This document shows, piece after piece, positions 38,256 to 47,690 of a stretch of 47,690 nucleotides of DNA. Position numbers and translations under genes: made by a program. Numbering within the stretch: the stretch's first letter is position 1; every line of letters begins with the position of its first letter. Location: contig JAAYIU010000437.1 of the NCBI GenBank assembly GCA_012523265.1, forward strand, positions 1-47,690, in the 5' to 3' direction. Below the pieces are notes generated by a model. It did no database searches. It was given only the letters and a program-made list of their open reading frames with translations, and was not told where the DNA came from. The DNA is from Bacteroidales bacterium. GTDB taxonomy: Bacteria > Bacteroidota > Bacteroidia > Bacteroidales > 4484-276.

Positions 38256-38291
38256 CTTTATTTGCAATTACAAATTCTATCAACATAAAAT

Positions 38292-41200
38292 ATGCTTACC
38301 ATGAAACTACTACGTACTATGCTGCTGCCGCTTCTTGTGCCGGCAATTTTTTTATCTGCCGGCTTTTCTTTGGCCGGACAACCCACTGCACCTGTCGGGT
38401 TGCATTTCAAAAACCTGACCATTGAGCCGCAAGCCAATGCAGATGAATATTTGGCTAAAGCCAATATTACCGACGAACAAACCTTTAACGGAAGTTTTTA
38501 TAAAATCGTTCAGTTTTATCAAATTCCTACTGTTGATCAACGGCGCGACCTGGCCGGGGCAGGCATCCGGCTGCTCGACTACATTCCCGAAAAGGGATAT
38601 TTTGCTGCTTTTCGCAATGATTTTAGCCGGGTGGATGCCGGGGCTTTTTCGTTGCGCAGCATCATGGGGATAACGCCGGCCATAAAACTGGCGCCGATGC
38701 TTTACGCCGAAAGCTATCCTGAACATGCGCTGCGTGCCAGCGGAAAAATTAGTCTGCTTGTGAGCATCTTCCCTGATGTAGATGCGGAAGCAGCCTATCG
38801 TGCGCTGCTGTCACAAAATGTAGAAGTGAGTGCTCCGGCTGAAGGGGGTGAGTTTTTTAGTGTGATTGCCGATATCGCTCAGATACAGCAATTGGCTTCT
38901 TTGCCCTTCGTGGTTTACCTCGAGCCGATTTATCCCGACCCTGAGCCTGAAAACTATACCGGACGCACATTGCATCGCGGCAACGCCATCGCCACCGGGA
39001 TGTCGGCCGGCCGGCATTATGATGGTACAGGTGTAAATGTGATGCTTCAGGACGACGGCGATGTCGGGCCGCACATCGACTTTACGGGACGCATCGCCGC
39101 TCAGTACGTCGGCTATTTTGGTGGTGACCACGGCGATCATTGTGCTGGAATTATTGGTGCTGCGGGGAATCTTGATCCAAAGGTGCGAGGCAACGCTTTT
39201 GGCGCGACGCTCTATATTTATGGAGCAGCACCTCAATATCCGGGGTTTACACAAATACCTTCTCACTATTTTAGCAACGAGATACGTGTTACTTCCACTT
39301 CCTACAGCAATGGCTGCAATGCTGGCTATACCTCGCTTGCGCGGATGCTCGACGTCCAGCTCAATCTTTACCCTGCCCTGGCGCATGTGTTTTCGGCAGG
39401 AAACGACGGAACAAGTAATTGCAATTATGGCGCAGGCCCCGGCTGGGGGAATATTACCGGTGGCCATAAGGTGGCCAAAAATGTGATAACAGTTGCCAAC
39501 CTGAACGAGACAGATGGTCTCTCCTCCTCGAGTAGCCGTGGCCCTGCCCACGATGGACGTATCAAACCCGACATTTCTGCTAAGGGAACCGACGTTTACA
39601 GCACCCTGCCCGATGATGAGTATGGCTTTAAAACCGGTACCTCCATGTCGTGTCCGGGCGTGGCCGGTGTGATGGCGCAGCTCTTCGACGCCTATCGGCA
39701 GCTTAATGGTGGTTCCGATCCAATGGGTGGATTGCTGAAAGGAATTGTGCTAAACACTGCCGAAGATCTGGGAAATCCGGGGCCTGACTTTCGTTTTGGC
39801 TGGGGACGCATCAATGCGCTGCGCGCTGTGAAGGTGCTCGAAGAAAACCGCTACGACTCGGCTACCATCGAAACCGGACAAACTTTCGTTCATAATTTTG
39901 AAGTACCTGAAAATACTGCACAACTGCGTGTGATGGTTTATTGGACCGATTATCAGGCGTCGGTTAATTCAAACTGGGCGCTGGTTAACAATCTCGATAT
40001 TACCGTTGCCGATCCCGACAACAATATTTGGCAACCCTGGGTGCTCAATCATTTTCCACATGCCGACAGCCTTAACAAAACAGCCATTCGGGGCACCGAC
40101 GAGCGCAACAATATGGAGCAGGTGACCCTGGATATGCCTGCCGCCGGAGCTTACAGCCTCTCCGTAGAAGGAACGAGCATTCCGCAGGGACCACAGAAAT
40201 ATTATATTATTTATGAATTTATCCCTGAAGCTGTGGTTTTGACCTATCCGGTTGGCGGCGAGCAACTGGCGCCGGGCACCGAAGAGTTGATTCGCTGGGA
40301 TGCCTTTGGCAGTGATGAGCTTTTTAGTATTGAGCTTTCGCTTGACGACGGAGCGACCTGGGAAGTGGTGAGGGAAAACATAAATGGTAACGACCGGACT
40401 TATAAATGGGGTGTTCCCAATGCTGCCAATGGAAAGGTGTGGATGCGCATCACACGCGGAGAATATGTTTCGCAAACTGCCGGAGCTTTCACCATTATGG
40501 CTCCGCCACGAAATCTCACTATCGACTGGGCGTGCGAGAATGCCCTACATCTGAGCTGGATGGAGGTGCCCGAAGCTACAGAATACATCATTTACCAGTT
40601 GGGCGAAAAATACATGGAGCCTGTTGCTACCACTACCATCAACTCTTTTATTGTTGACAACATCAACTCATCCGACACCTACTGGTACAGTGTAAGTGCC
40701 GCTACCTCTGACGGCGTCGAAAGCCTGCGAGCCAATGCCGTGAAGAAAAGCCCGGGTACTTTTCAGTGTTATCAGAGCGATGCCTGGCTCACGGCGGCCC
40801 CTTCGGTCGATTGGGGTCTTTTTCAGTTGTGTATGGAACTGGAAGCGCTTGATGTAACGGTAGAGATGAAAAATTTTGGCGTGGAGCCGATCATAAATCC
40901 GGAATTTGGCTACCAGCTCGATGCCGGAGTTATTTTTACAGAAACCTATTTTGGAACCATCCAGCCCGATTCTACAATACGGTTCACCTTTAGCGATCCT
41001 GTAAGCATTAACGAAATAGGCGAATACGTGCTCAAAACCTGGGTGGACTATGCTCCCGACGGCAATCCCGATAACGACCTGCTCATCACCAATCTGGAAG
41101 TAATTGAAGGCGCTCTGTTTTTACCCGGTAATATCCAGACTTTCGAGAATTTTGAGAATTGTATTCCGGCACCCCTGTGCGAGTTGCTCAACTGCCCACT

Positions 41201-41948
41201 TTCAGAAAACTGGATCAATCTTACCAACCTGGAAAAAGATGATGTGGACTGGCGCGTGTGGCATGGCGGCACCAGTACCTACAACACCGGCCCGTCGGCC
41301 GACCATACCTCCGGCACCAGTGAAGGGAAATATCTTTACACCGAGCCATCGGTTATTTGTTTTGATAAAGAAGCCATAATGATGTCGCCATGTATCGACC
41401 TTGCCGGTGGCGTGAGTCCGGCACTCGATTTTTGGGTACATGCCTACGGCACTGATATTGGCCGCCTGCATGTAGATCTTTTCGACGGTTCTACCATTCG
41501 TCGCGATATTATGCCGCCAATCATCGGCAACCAGGGCAATGAATGGAAAAATGTAGTGGCCGATCTGACCGAATACAACGGCAGAAAAATTGGCCTCCGT
41601 TTTAGAGTCTTTACCGCTGGTGGCCAAGCCGGCGACCTGGCTATCGACGACATTGCCATCACCGATGTTACAAGTATTAATAATCGCAACATTGGACCGG
41701 GCGTTTTAAATCTTTATCCCAACCCGACCAATGGCCTGGTGAATGTTTCACTAGAAAATGCCGGAACGGAACGGTTTGCACTCGACGTTTACGACATTTA
41801 TGGCCGCACAGTTTACACCAAAGCAATCGCAGCGGTTGACGGGAAAATTGTACATGCCACGGATTTGTCAGGATTGCCCGGCGGCGTTTATTTTGTCAGG
41901 CTTACCTCGCAAAGTGCCTCCTACAACAGCAAGATCACTTTACGGTAA
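38292..41948 (+). CDS. secreted S8 (subtilisin-family) serine peptidase with MAM domain and T9SS C-terminal sorting domain
   Basis: 1218 aa with a signal peptide. The catalytic triad is in VMLQDDGD (Asp), HGDHCAGIIG (His) and GTSMSCPGVAG (Ser). There is a MAM-like segment (DDVDWRVWHGGTSTYNTGPSADHTSG). The C-terminal 80 aa (LYPNPTNGLVNVSL...GVYFVRL) are a typical Por/T9SS CTD. Confidence 0.9.
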   Translation: MLTMKLLRTMLLPLLVPAIFLSAGFSLAGQPTAPVGLHFKNLTIEPQANADEYLAKANITDEQTFNGSFYKIVQFYQIPTVDQRRDLAGAGIRLLDYIPEKGYFAAFRNDFSRVDAGAFSLRSIMGITPAIKLAPMLYAESYPEHALRASGKISLLVSIFPDVDAEAAYRALLSQNVEVSAPAEGGEFFSVIADIAQIQQLASLPFVVYLEPIYPDPEPENYTGRTLHRGNAIATGMSAGRHYDGTGVNVMLQDDGDVGPHIDFTGRIAAQYVGYFGGDHGDHCAGIIGAAGNLDPKVRGNAFGATLYIYGAAPQYPGFTQIPSHYFSNEIRVTSTSYSNGCNAGYTSLARMLDVQLNLYPALAHVFSAGNDGTSNCNYGAGPGWGNITGGHKVAKNVITVANLNETDGLSSSSSRGPAHDGRIKPDISAKGTDVYSTLPDDEYGFKTGTSMSCPGVAGVMAQLFDAYRQLNGGSDPMGGLLKGIVLNTAEDLGNPGPDFRFGWGRINALRAVKVLEENRYDSATIETGQTFVHNFEVPENTAQLRVMVYWTDYQASVNSNWALVNNLDITVADPDNNIWQPWVLNHFPHADSLNKTAIRGTDERNNMEQVTLDMPAAGAYSLSVEGTSIPQGPQKYYIIYEFIPEAVVLTYPVGGEQLAPGTEELIRWDAFGSDELFSIELSLDDGATWEVVRENINGNDRTYKWGVPNAANGKVWMRITRGEYVSQTAGAFTIMAPPRNLTIDWACENALHLSWMEVPEATEYIIYQLGEKYMEPVATTTINSFIVDNINSSDTYWYSVSAATSDGVESLRANAVKKSPGTFQCYQSDAWLTAAPSVDWGLFQLCMELEALDVTVEMKNFGVEPIINPEFGYQLDAGVIFTETYFGTIQPDSTIRFTFSDPVSINEIGEYVLKTWVDYAPDGNPDNDLLITNLEVIEGALFLPGNIQTFENFENCIPAPLCELLNCPLSENWINLTNLEKDDVDWRVWHGGTSTYNTGPSADHTSGTSEGKYLYTEPSVICFDKEAIMMSPCIDLAGGVSPALDFWVHAYGTDIGRLHVDLFDGSTIRRDIMPPIIGNQGNEWKNVVADLTEYNGRKIGLRFRVFTAGGQAGDLAIDDIAITDVTSINNRNIGPGVLNLYPNPTNGLVNVSLENAGTERFALDVYDIYGRTVYTKAIAAVDGKIVHATDLSGLPGGVYFVRLTSQSASYNSKITLR

Positions 41949-41978
41949 AAGTAAAAGGTTTAATCCGATAGAAGTGAG

Positions 41979-43136
41979 ATGAAAATTGCTTTTTGCCATG
42001 TTAATTTCAATGGCCTTTTATTCCTCGGTGTATTTTTGCAATTTTTAATTTTTTCTGCAAAACCGCTGCAAGCACAAACCACCAAGGCAAACGACAGCAC
42101 AGCGAGTGCTGTTAACCTTGCCTCAAAGTTTGACGCTATAACCGATCTGTATGGCAGCCTGCGTTTTAAAGCCGGCGCAACTTTTAATGGTGAGTTTGGT
42201 ATGCGTAATCAATCCAGCAGGATAGGCCTGAAGCTGCATACCAATATCACCAAAGGTATCGACGCCATCGGGCAACTGGAGGTGGGTGTAAACTTGGTAG
42301 ACACCCAGACAAAAATCGTGTTTAATGCCGACCCGGGCGGTGCCGTTGGTGAGGTGGATAACATCTTCACCTCACGCATCGGCTGGGTGGGAATCGATAC
42401 AAAATTTGGTCAGTTGACCTGGGGCAAGCAGTGGTCGGTTTATTACGACATTGCACAGTTTGCTGATGCTTTTTACGCTTTTGGTGGCGATGCTTCGGGA
42501 GCTTTTGCCGCCGGAACTGATGGCTCCATTTCCGGCACCGGACGCCCTGCCAACGCCATTCAGTATCGTTTTATTCACGATTATTTCGGCATTGGCTTGC
42601 AGGTGCAAAACAGGTTCATTTCGCCAAACTACAAGAAGTACGCTGATGTTTATGCTGTTTCATTAGTAATAAAACCTTTAGAAAATTTCCAACTTGGCGG
42701 CGCTTACAGTAAAGTGCGCGATGGCATTTTCGATCCTGACCCCACCGAGCCTCGCCTCGGCGATGAAGCCATGATTGCCGGTGTGCAATACGATAATCGA
42801 CGCCTCAACGTGAGTGTAACGGCCAGCTCGTTTACCAACCACGAAATCGACGAGAACCGCAACTATTTTAGCGGCTATGGTGTTGAGTTCTTCACCCAGT
42901 ATCGTTTTCTTGAAAAGTGGTCAGTTTATTCCGGCCTCAACTTCTTGCAACCTAAGAGCGATCAGCCTGTTGGCGATTACACCGTGCGCTATGTGGATGC
43001 AGGCGCAAGTTATTCATTCTCCAAAAACAGCCTGGCTTTCGTAGAAATAAAATTGGACGACAGCAAAAACAGCGATGGCACCGCCGGAAAAAACAGCATA
43101 TTTTCTTTTGGTTTGTATCTTGGGTTTGAGTATTAA
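41979..43136 (+). CDS. outer-membrane porin-like beta-barrel protein
   Basis: 385 aa with a signal peptide ending AQT, alternating beta-strand pattern and a C-terminal aromatic residue (GLYLGFEY). Confidence 0.6.
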   Translation: MKIAFCHVNFNGLLFLGVFLQFLIFSAKPLQAQTTKANDSTASAVNLASKFDAITDLYGSLRFKAGATFNGEFGMRNQSSRIGLKLHTNITKGIDAIGQLEVGVNLVDTQTKIVFNADPGGAVGEVDNIFTSRIGWVGIDTKFGQLTWGKQWSVYYDIAQFADAFYAFGGDASGAFAAGTDGSISGTGRPANAIQYRFIHDYFGIGLQVQNRFISPNYKKYADVYAVSLVIKPLENFQLGGAYSKVRDGIFDPDPTEPRLGDEAMIAGVQYDNRRLNVSVTASSFTNHEIDENRNYFSGYGVEFFTQYRFLEKWSVYSGLNFLQPKSDQPVGDYTVRYVDAGASYSFSKNSLAFVEIKLDDSKNSDGTAGKNSIFSFGLYLGFEY

Positions 43137-43288
43137 TGGAAACTCAAATTGATCAATGGTTGAAAATGATGATAAAAACACCATAATCTCACTCAAAACA
43201 CCGTTGGTGCCTGTTTACATCCGGTTAACACAACCGTTAAACTTAGTTAATTGAGAATGTTAATTTTTTTGATCACAAACTATAATCC

Positions 43289-43296
43289 TATTTTTG
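43289..43296 (+). promoter_or_regulatory. -7 promoter box (TAttTTTG) for the thioredoxin-fold gene
   Basis: tatttttg lies 39 nt upstream of the ATG at 43335. A TTTG at 43268-43271 is a possible -33 element. Confidence 0.45.
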
Positions 43297-43334
43297 CGTT
43301 CCACAATTTAACAAAAAACTAAAAAATCATATTT

Positions 43335-43871
43335 ATGAAACGTTTACTTACAACCACAGGAATTTTATTGTTCTCGATGCTGATGCTGCACGCTGTTGCG
43401 CAAAGTAGCGGCGAGGTAGTTACCGGAAACGAAATTGGCAACGACATTGGCGATTTTGAAGCCAAAGGTACCGATGGTAATTTTAAAAAGCTGTCGGATT
43501 TGCGTGGCAATATGGTACTGCTGGTGTTGTGGAACTCCAAATGCGGCCATTGCGTTACCGAGAACAAATTTTATCAGGAAGCTTACAATCAGTTTCACGA
43601 CAAGCAATTTACCAAGGGCAAAGGCTTTGAGGTTTACCAGATTGGTCTTGACAAAGAAGAAGCTACCTGGAAAGAATACATCGAAGCCAGCGGTTTTCCA
43701 TACAAAAATCATGTGTATGTGCTCGATAGCTGGAAAGACCCTAATGTGCGCTTCTTTGGTGTAAAAAATCTGCCCGGAACTTTTCTCATCGATGGCGATG
43801 GCATCATCCTCGAAAAAGGTTTCGGCGGCAAAGAGCTGCCGGCCTTGTTAGAAAAATACCAGAAAAAATAG
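43335..43871 (+). CDS. TlpA-family thiol:disulfide oxidoreductase (thioredoxin fold)
   Basis: 178 aa with a signal peptide and a CxxC motif (WNSKCGHCV). Confidence 0.85.
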   Translation: MKRLLTTTGILLFSMLMLHAVAQSSGEVVTGNEIGNDIGDFEAKGTDGNFKKLSDLRGNMVLLVLWNSKCGHCVTENKFYQEAYNQFHDKQFTKGKGFEVYQIGLDKEEATWKEYIEASGFPYKNHVYVLDSWKDPNVRFFGVKNLPGTFLIDGDGIILEKGFGGKELPALLEKYQKK

Positions 43872-43873
43872 CG

Positions 43874-43911
43874 AATTATTTTTCAGGGATTTGTGTAGCT
43901 GAAAAATAATT
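43874..43911 (+). terminator. 13-bp perfect AT-rich hairpin after the TlpA-family gene
   Basis: aattatttttcag-(12 nt)-ctgaaaaataatt begins 3 nt after the stop codon and abuts the rpsT -7 box. Confidence 0.45.
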
Positions 43912-43912
43912 G

Positions 43913-43920
43913 TACTTTTG
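43913..43920 (+). promoter_or_regulatory. -7 promoter box (TActTTTG) for rpsT
   Basis: tacttttg lies 58 nt upstream of the rpsT ATG. Confidence 0.45.
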
Positions 43921-43977
43921 CAGCCCTAAAATTTAGGGCTGTATTATTTTACTGAAGCATAAAAAACTTATTTGATA

Positions 43978-44229
43978 ATGGCAAATCATAAATCGGCGTT
44001 AAAACGCATCAGAGCATCCAGAGCAAGAAGAATTGGCAACAGTTATTATGCAAAGACGATGCGTAACCAGATCAAGAAATTCAGAAGTCTGGACGACAAA
44101 GCGGCAGCACAGGAGCAATATCCCAAGCTGGCTTCTATCATCGATAAAAACGCTAAGCGTTCGATCATTCATCGTAACAAAGCTGCCAACCTGAAGTCGA
44201 AGCTGGCCAGGCACATGAGTGCTTTGTAG
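43978..44229 (+). CDS. rpsT: 30S ribosomal protein S20
   Basis: 83 aa from the ATG at 43978 (MANHKSALKRIRASRARR...). Confidence 0.93.
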   Translation: MANHKSALKRIRASRARRIGNSYYAKTMRNQIKKFRSLDDKAAAQEQYPKLASIIDKNAKRSIIHRNKAANLKSKLARHMSAL

Positions 44230-44261
44230 AAAGCAGCAGCTTTTTCCGAAAAAAATACGAT

Positions 44262-44293
44262 AGCCTCTCTGCCAATGCGCAAGGGGCTTTTTT
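44262..44293 (+). terminator. candidate rho-independent terminator of rpsT
   Basis: A 7-bp stem AGCCUCU/AGGGGCU (one G-U pair) with a 13-nt loop is followed by a T6 run. Confidence 0.4.
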
Positions 44294-44329
44294 CGTATAT
44301 TCGCGTCTCCATCATAAAACGCGAAAATT

Positions 44330-45028
44330 ATGGAACCTTACACCGGCCACAGCGCTATACCACAATGGGCTGAAAGCGATCGCCCGCGCGAAAAACTTCT
44401 GCTCAAAGGCAAAACAGCCCTCACCGATGCCGAGCTGCTTGCCATCCTTATCCGCTCGGGAACCCCCAAACTATCGGCCATCGATCTGGCCAAACAAATC
44501 CTCAGCACGGTTGACAACAATCTTATAGGCCTCTCCAGGATTACCGTTTCCGATCTTTTACAATTTAATGGTATTGGCGATGCCAAAGCCATCACGGTGG
44601 TGGCTGCGTTGGAGTTGGGGCGCCGCCGGCGGGGCGCCGAAGCCATGCAGCGAAAAACCATCACTTCAAGCGCCGACGCTTACGAGGTGCTGCAGATGCA
44701 CATTGGCGACATCGACTATGAGCAGTTTGCCATCATCATGCTCAACCAGGCCAACCAGGTACTGAAAGTAGAAAACATAAGCGAGGGCGGAATAACCGGA
44801 ACGGTGGTTGACCCCAAGCGTGTGTTCCGAACAGCTATTAATAACAATGCCATCAACATTATCCTGGCGCACAACCACCCGTCGGGCAGCCTCAAGCCCA
44901 GCAAAAATGATCTCGATCTGACGCAGAAACTCAAAAAAGCAGGAGAATATTTACAGATTATGGTGCTCGATCACCTCATTGTGGGCGACAACAAATACCT
45001 TTCGATGGCCGATGAGGGATTTCTTTGA
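44330..45028 (+). CDS. radC: RadC-family JAB/MPN domain protein
   Basis: 232 aa with an HhH region (ELLAILIRSG) and the JAMM motif HNHPSGSLKPSKND. Confidence 0.9.
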   Translation: MEPYTGHSAIPQWAESDRPREKLLLKGKTALTDAELLAILIRSGTPKLSAIDLAKQILSTVDNNLIGLSRITVSDLLQFNGIGDAKAITVVAALELGRRRRGAEAMQRKTITSSADAYEVLQMHIGDIDYEQFAIIMLNQANQVLKVENISEGGITGTVVDPKRVFRTAINNNAINIILAHNHPSGSLKPSKNDLDLTQKLKKAGEYLQIMVLDHLIVGDNKYLSMADEGFL

Positions 45029-45030
45029 AA

Positions 45031-46338
45031 CTAAGGCACCGCATAGGCAATCATCTCTTCATAAACATGCCGCCAGCCTTCCCAGCGCTTTTGGTCGCTC
45101 AGCGATTCGTTGTGCCACAAGCTGATGAAAGTCCCGTCCACCGCTTTCACCTCGTCAATTAATAATTTGATAATAGCCAGCGACTGCTCCGTAGTTTTGT
45201 ACATATAATCTTTGAGTGCTCCTTCCATCACCTGAAACGGGTGAATCAGCAGCTTGGTGACAGTCTCCATATCCAGATCATAAAAATAAAAAGGATCGCA
45301 GATGCCGGCACGGAAGCCCGGCGCCGAGGCATAACCCATGGTGTAGTCGTCGGTAATGTCGAGTTGAATGAGGTTGCGGTAGGTTGCAGGGAAATTGAGC
45401 CTGAGGAAATGTTGCCGGCTTTGGGTGATCTCACGGTTCAGGATGCGGTTGAGGCGGTCAATCTCGATTTTTAATTTTGAAAAACTTTCGTTTGAGGCCA
45501 CCGACGGATGTATGCCTACCTGTGCATAATCGGCCAGCGACTTGATGAGCACCTGAAAATGCCGGCTGGTTACCGGAAGATTCTTGTCGAGGCTGCCATA
45601 ATCGGCCAGCAGGATAAAATAGATGGGCTGAAGCTGATAGCGCTTTTGAAGCCAAAGTTGGTAATTGTAGGTGTCGAAGGGATCTTTGCGTAGCCCCAGG
45701 ATTACCTTTACGCGTTCAAGAATTTCGCGAAACTCGAATCTGGAAAGTGCCGCAACGATGCCGCCCACCGTGCGCACAGCTCCTTTGTGTTTGTAGGCGT
45801 AGGCCGAGTCGATGTCGATGGTGGGAATAAACTGGTAGTGACGTTTTTCAAACGACAGCTCCGGGAATCGTTTGGTTAAAATGTCTTTAATTTTTTGTGC
45901 CCAGATGTTGACCACGGGCTTGCGCAAAAACTCTTTTCGCCCGGCAAAGCTCTCTGCCGCCTCAAAGCGGCCAAAGCGGTCGCGCATGTAGGGCAAATAC
46001 TCTTCGTAGCGCGTCACCAGATAAAAGGCTGCTGCAAAAGGGTCGAACGGCAAGGCTGATTTGCTGTGATGCACCGGATAAAAAGCTGCATTTTTTTCGT
46101 AAAGAAAATAATTCAAATCCTGCCCTTCGATGCCGGTTTTGAAGAGCAGGTCGGTGGACTGGAAAAACAGCTCCTGGCCAAAGGGGGTCGAAGCGTAGCT
46201 GAATTTAGCCCCGGTGCAGGCTCTGAATCGCTCCGCACTGCTGGTAAGCTCAAAAGGAGTTGCCAACAACTGCTCAAAAAACAAGTTGAAAATATAGTTG
46301 ATCCTTTTGGTGATCTTTGGCGTGTAAATTAGCAGCAT
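45031..46338 (-). CDS. hypothetical protein (polysaccharide deacetylase-like / DUF7033-type)
   Basis: 435-aa intact ORF. The N-terminus MLLIYTPKITKRINYIFNLFF resembles a conserved Bacteroidota family. The family name is from memory and is not verified. Confidence 0.6.
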   Translation of the reverse strand: MLLIYTPKITKRINYIFNLFFEQLLATPFELTSSAERFRACTGAKFSYASTPFGQELFFQSTDLLFKTGIEGQDLNYFLYEKNAAFYPVHHSKSALPFDPFAAAFYLVTRYEEYLPYMRDRFGRFEAAESFAGRKEFLRKPVVNIWAQKIKDILTKRFPELSFEKRHYQFIPTIDIDSAYAYKHKGAVRTVGGIVAALSRFEFREILERVKVILGLRKDPFDTYNYQLWLQKRYQLQPIYFILLADYGSLDKNLPVTSRHFQVLIKSLADYAQVGIHPSVASNESFSKLKIEIDRLNRILNREITQSRQHFLRLNFPATYRNLIQLDITDDYTMGYASAPGFRAGICDPFYFYDLDMETVTKLLIHPFQVMEGALKDYMYKTTEQSLAIIKLLIDEVKAVDGTFISLWHNESLSDQKRWEGWRHVYEEMIAYAVP

Positions 46339-46451
46339 ACTTTAGGTTTGATTTTTCAATCGTCAAAAATAGCAAATTACCACCAGCAGACGGCAATAGC
46401 TTTTGCTGGAATTGTGAATAAAAACTGGTACGGCTTAGCGTATTAAATCAT

Positions 46452-46459
46452 TACTTTTG
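46452..46459 (+). promoter_or_regulatory. -7 promoter box (TActTTTG) for dnaX
   Basis: tacttttg lies 24 nt upstream of the dnaX ATG. Confidence 0.4.
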
Positions 46460-46482
46460 GGCTTTGATATTTTGGAGATAAT

Positions 46483-47690
46483 ATGGATAATTTTCTGGTT
46501 TCAGCACGCAAGTATCGCCCCGATACTTTTGCCTCGGTAGTGGGGCAGGATCATGTAACGCGAACGCTCAAAAACGCGATTAGAAATAATCAGTTGGCGC
46601 AGTCGTTTTTATTTACCGGCCCTCGGGGCATTGGCAAAACTACCTGCGCCCGCATCCTGGCCAAGACCATCAACTGCGAAAATCTTACCCACGACATCGA
46701 GCCTTGCAACCAATGCGAGTCGTGTGTTTCCTTTAATAAAAGCACCTCTTTTAATATCCATGAACTCGATGCGGCTTCCAACAGCTCGGTGGACAATATC
46801 CGCAGTCTGATCGATCAGGTGCGCGTGCCACCGCATCACGGCAGGTACAAGATTTACATCATCGACGAGGTACACATGCTCTCTTCTCAGGCTTTCAATG
46901 CATTCCTGAAAACACTGGAAGAGCCGCCGCCTTACGCCAAATTTATCCTCGCCACCACCGAGCGTCACAAAATCATCCCAACCATTTTGTCGCGTTGTCA
47001 GATTTATGATTTTAAACGCATCTCAGTAGATGATATCGCGCGCCATCTGCGCTTTGTAGCCGACAGCGAAAAGGTACAGGCCGAAGATGAGGCTTTGCAG
47101 ATCATCGCCCAGAAAGCCGATGGTGCTCTGCGCGATGCACTCTCTATATTCGATCAGTTGGTGAGTTTTACCGGGATGGATTTGAAATACAGCACGGTGG
47201 TCGAGAGCCTCAATGTGCTCGACTACGATTACTATTTTACCATCACCAGTCATCTGATGCAAGGTAAGCTGCACGACGCTTTACTGGTGTTGGATAAGAT
47301 CATCGACTCGGGTTTCGACGGGCAGCATTTCCTTTCGGGGTTGGGCAGCCATCTGCGCGACTTGCTGATATGCCAGGACGAGCGCACGGTGCGGTTGCTC
47401 GAAGTTGGCGAAAAAACAAAAGCGCGCTATCATCAGCAGGCTATTGCTACCGATCCGGCTTTTCTTTTGCGTGCGCTCAACATCGTTCAGAAAACCGATT
47501 ACAACTACAAAACCGGTAACAACAAACGATTGCATCTGGAGATTGCACTGATGCAGATAGCCTCGCCGGCAATGGATTTGGCAGCGCCCGACGTCATGGT
47601 CGCCGGACCAGTAGCAGCCGACGCATCGAAAAAAAAAACAGTAGTCGCTCCTGAATCGCCGGCGGCTTCTTCACCGTCACCAGTTAAGCC
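46483..47690 (+). CDS. dnaX: DNA polymerase III subunit gamma/tau (5' part, runs off the window)
   Basis: This ORF is not in the track because no stop lies in the window. My own translation gives MDNFLVSARKYRPDTFASVVGQDHVTRTLKNAI...FTGPRGIGKTTCARILAK, a Zn module (CNQCESC), IIDEVHML and SRCQIYDF. The minus-strand track ORFs here are shadow ORFs. Confidence 0.93.
   Translation, partial: MDNFLVSARKYRPDTFASVVGQDHVTRTLKNAIRNNQLAQSFLFTGPRGIGKTTCARILAKTINCENLTHDIEPCNQCESCVSFNKSTSFNIHELDAASNSSVDNIRSLIDQVRVPPHHGRYKIYIIDEVHMLSSQAFNAFLKTLEEPPPYAKFILATTERHKIIPTILSRCQIYDFKRISVDDIARHLRFVADSEKVQAEDEALQIIAQKADGALRDALSIFDQLVSFTGMDLKYSTVVESLNVLDYDYYFTITSHLMQGKLHDALLVLDKIIDSGFDGQHFLSGLGSHLRDLLICQDERTVRLLEVGEKTKARYHQQAIATDPAFLLRALNIVQKTDYNYKTGNNKRLHLEIALMQIASPAMDLAAPDVMVAGPVAADASKKKTVVAPESPAASSPSPVK

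Noticed and set aside
46339-46482. I looked for an SRP (4.5S) RNA upstream of dnaX, as in Bacillus.
   Set aside because: No SRP domain IV-like motif is present. There is only a weak 6-bp hairpin (ccagca...tgctgg) in a divergent promoter region.

Overview
The window looks like chromosomal DNA from an anaerobic member of the Bacteroidota. The evidence is a T9SS C-terminal sorting domain, type III glutamine synthetase, several DUF families typical of Bacteroidota, and TAnnTTTG -7 promoter boxes 6-75 nt upstream of about 12 start codons. I call 38 protein genes, and most are housekeeping: hutU, ferredoxin, rny, zapA, a K+ channel, mpl, gcvT, sucC, glnN, acyl-CoA dehydrogenase, rpsT, radC and dnaX.

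The main non-housekeeping content is a chemosensory (Che-like) system split into two operons about 18 kb apart.
- The minus-strand operon (394-5854) is cheR, a HisKA/HATPase protein lacking the phospho-acceptor His, cheD, cheB, and a membrane TPR class III adenylate cyclase that overlaps cheB.
- The plus-strand operon (23709-29143) is a STAS protein, cheY, cheA, cheW and one MCP.

Other points worth a second look:
- A roughly 230-nt highly structured, terminator-ended RNA candidate lies between zapA and rny. It could be 6S-like or an rny leader.
- An A10 run in dnaX sits just after domain III, and both alternative frames stop within 1-5 codons.
- hydF, hydE and an orphan but intact hypD are adjacent, with no hydG or other hyp genes in view.
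- A 211-bp MITE-like element carries a 26-bp hairpin.
- Several short dispersed or tandem repeat families sit at gene ends.

I found no CRISPR array, tRNA, rRNA, transposase, integrase or recognisable phage-defence gene. All calls come from reading the sequence and the ORF translations. No database search was run.
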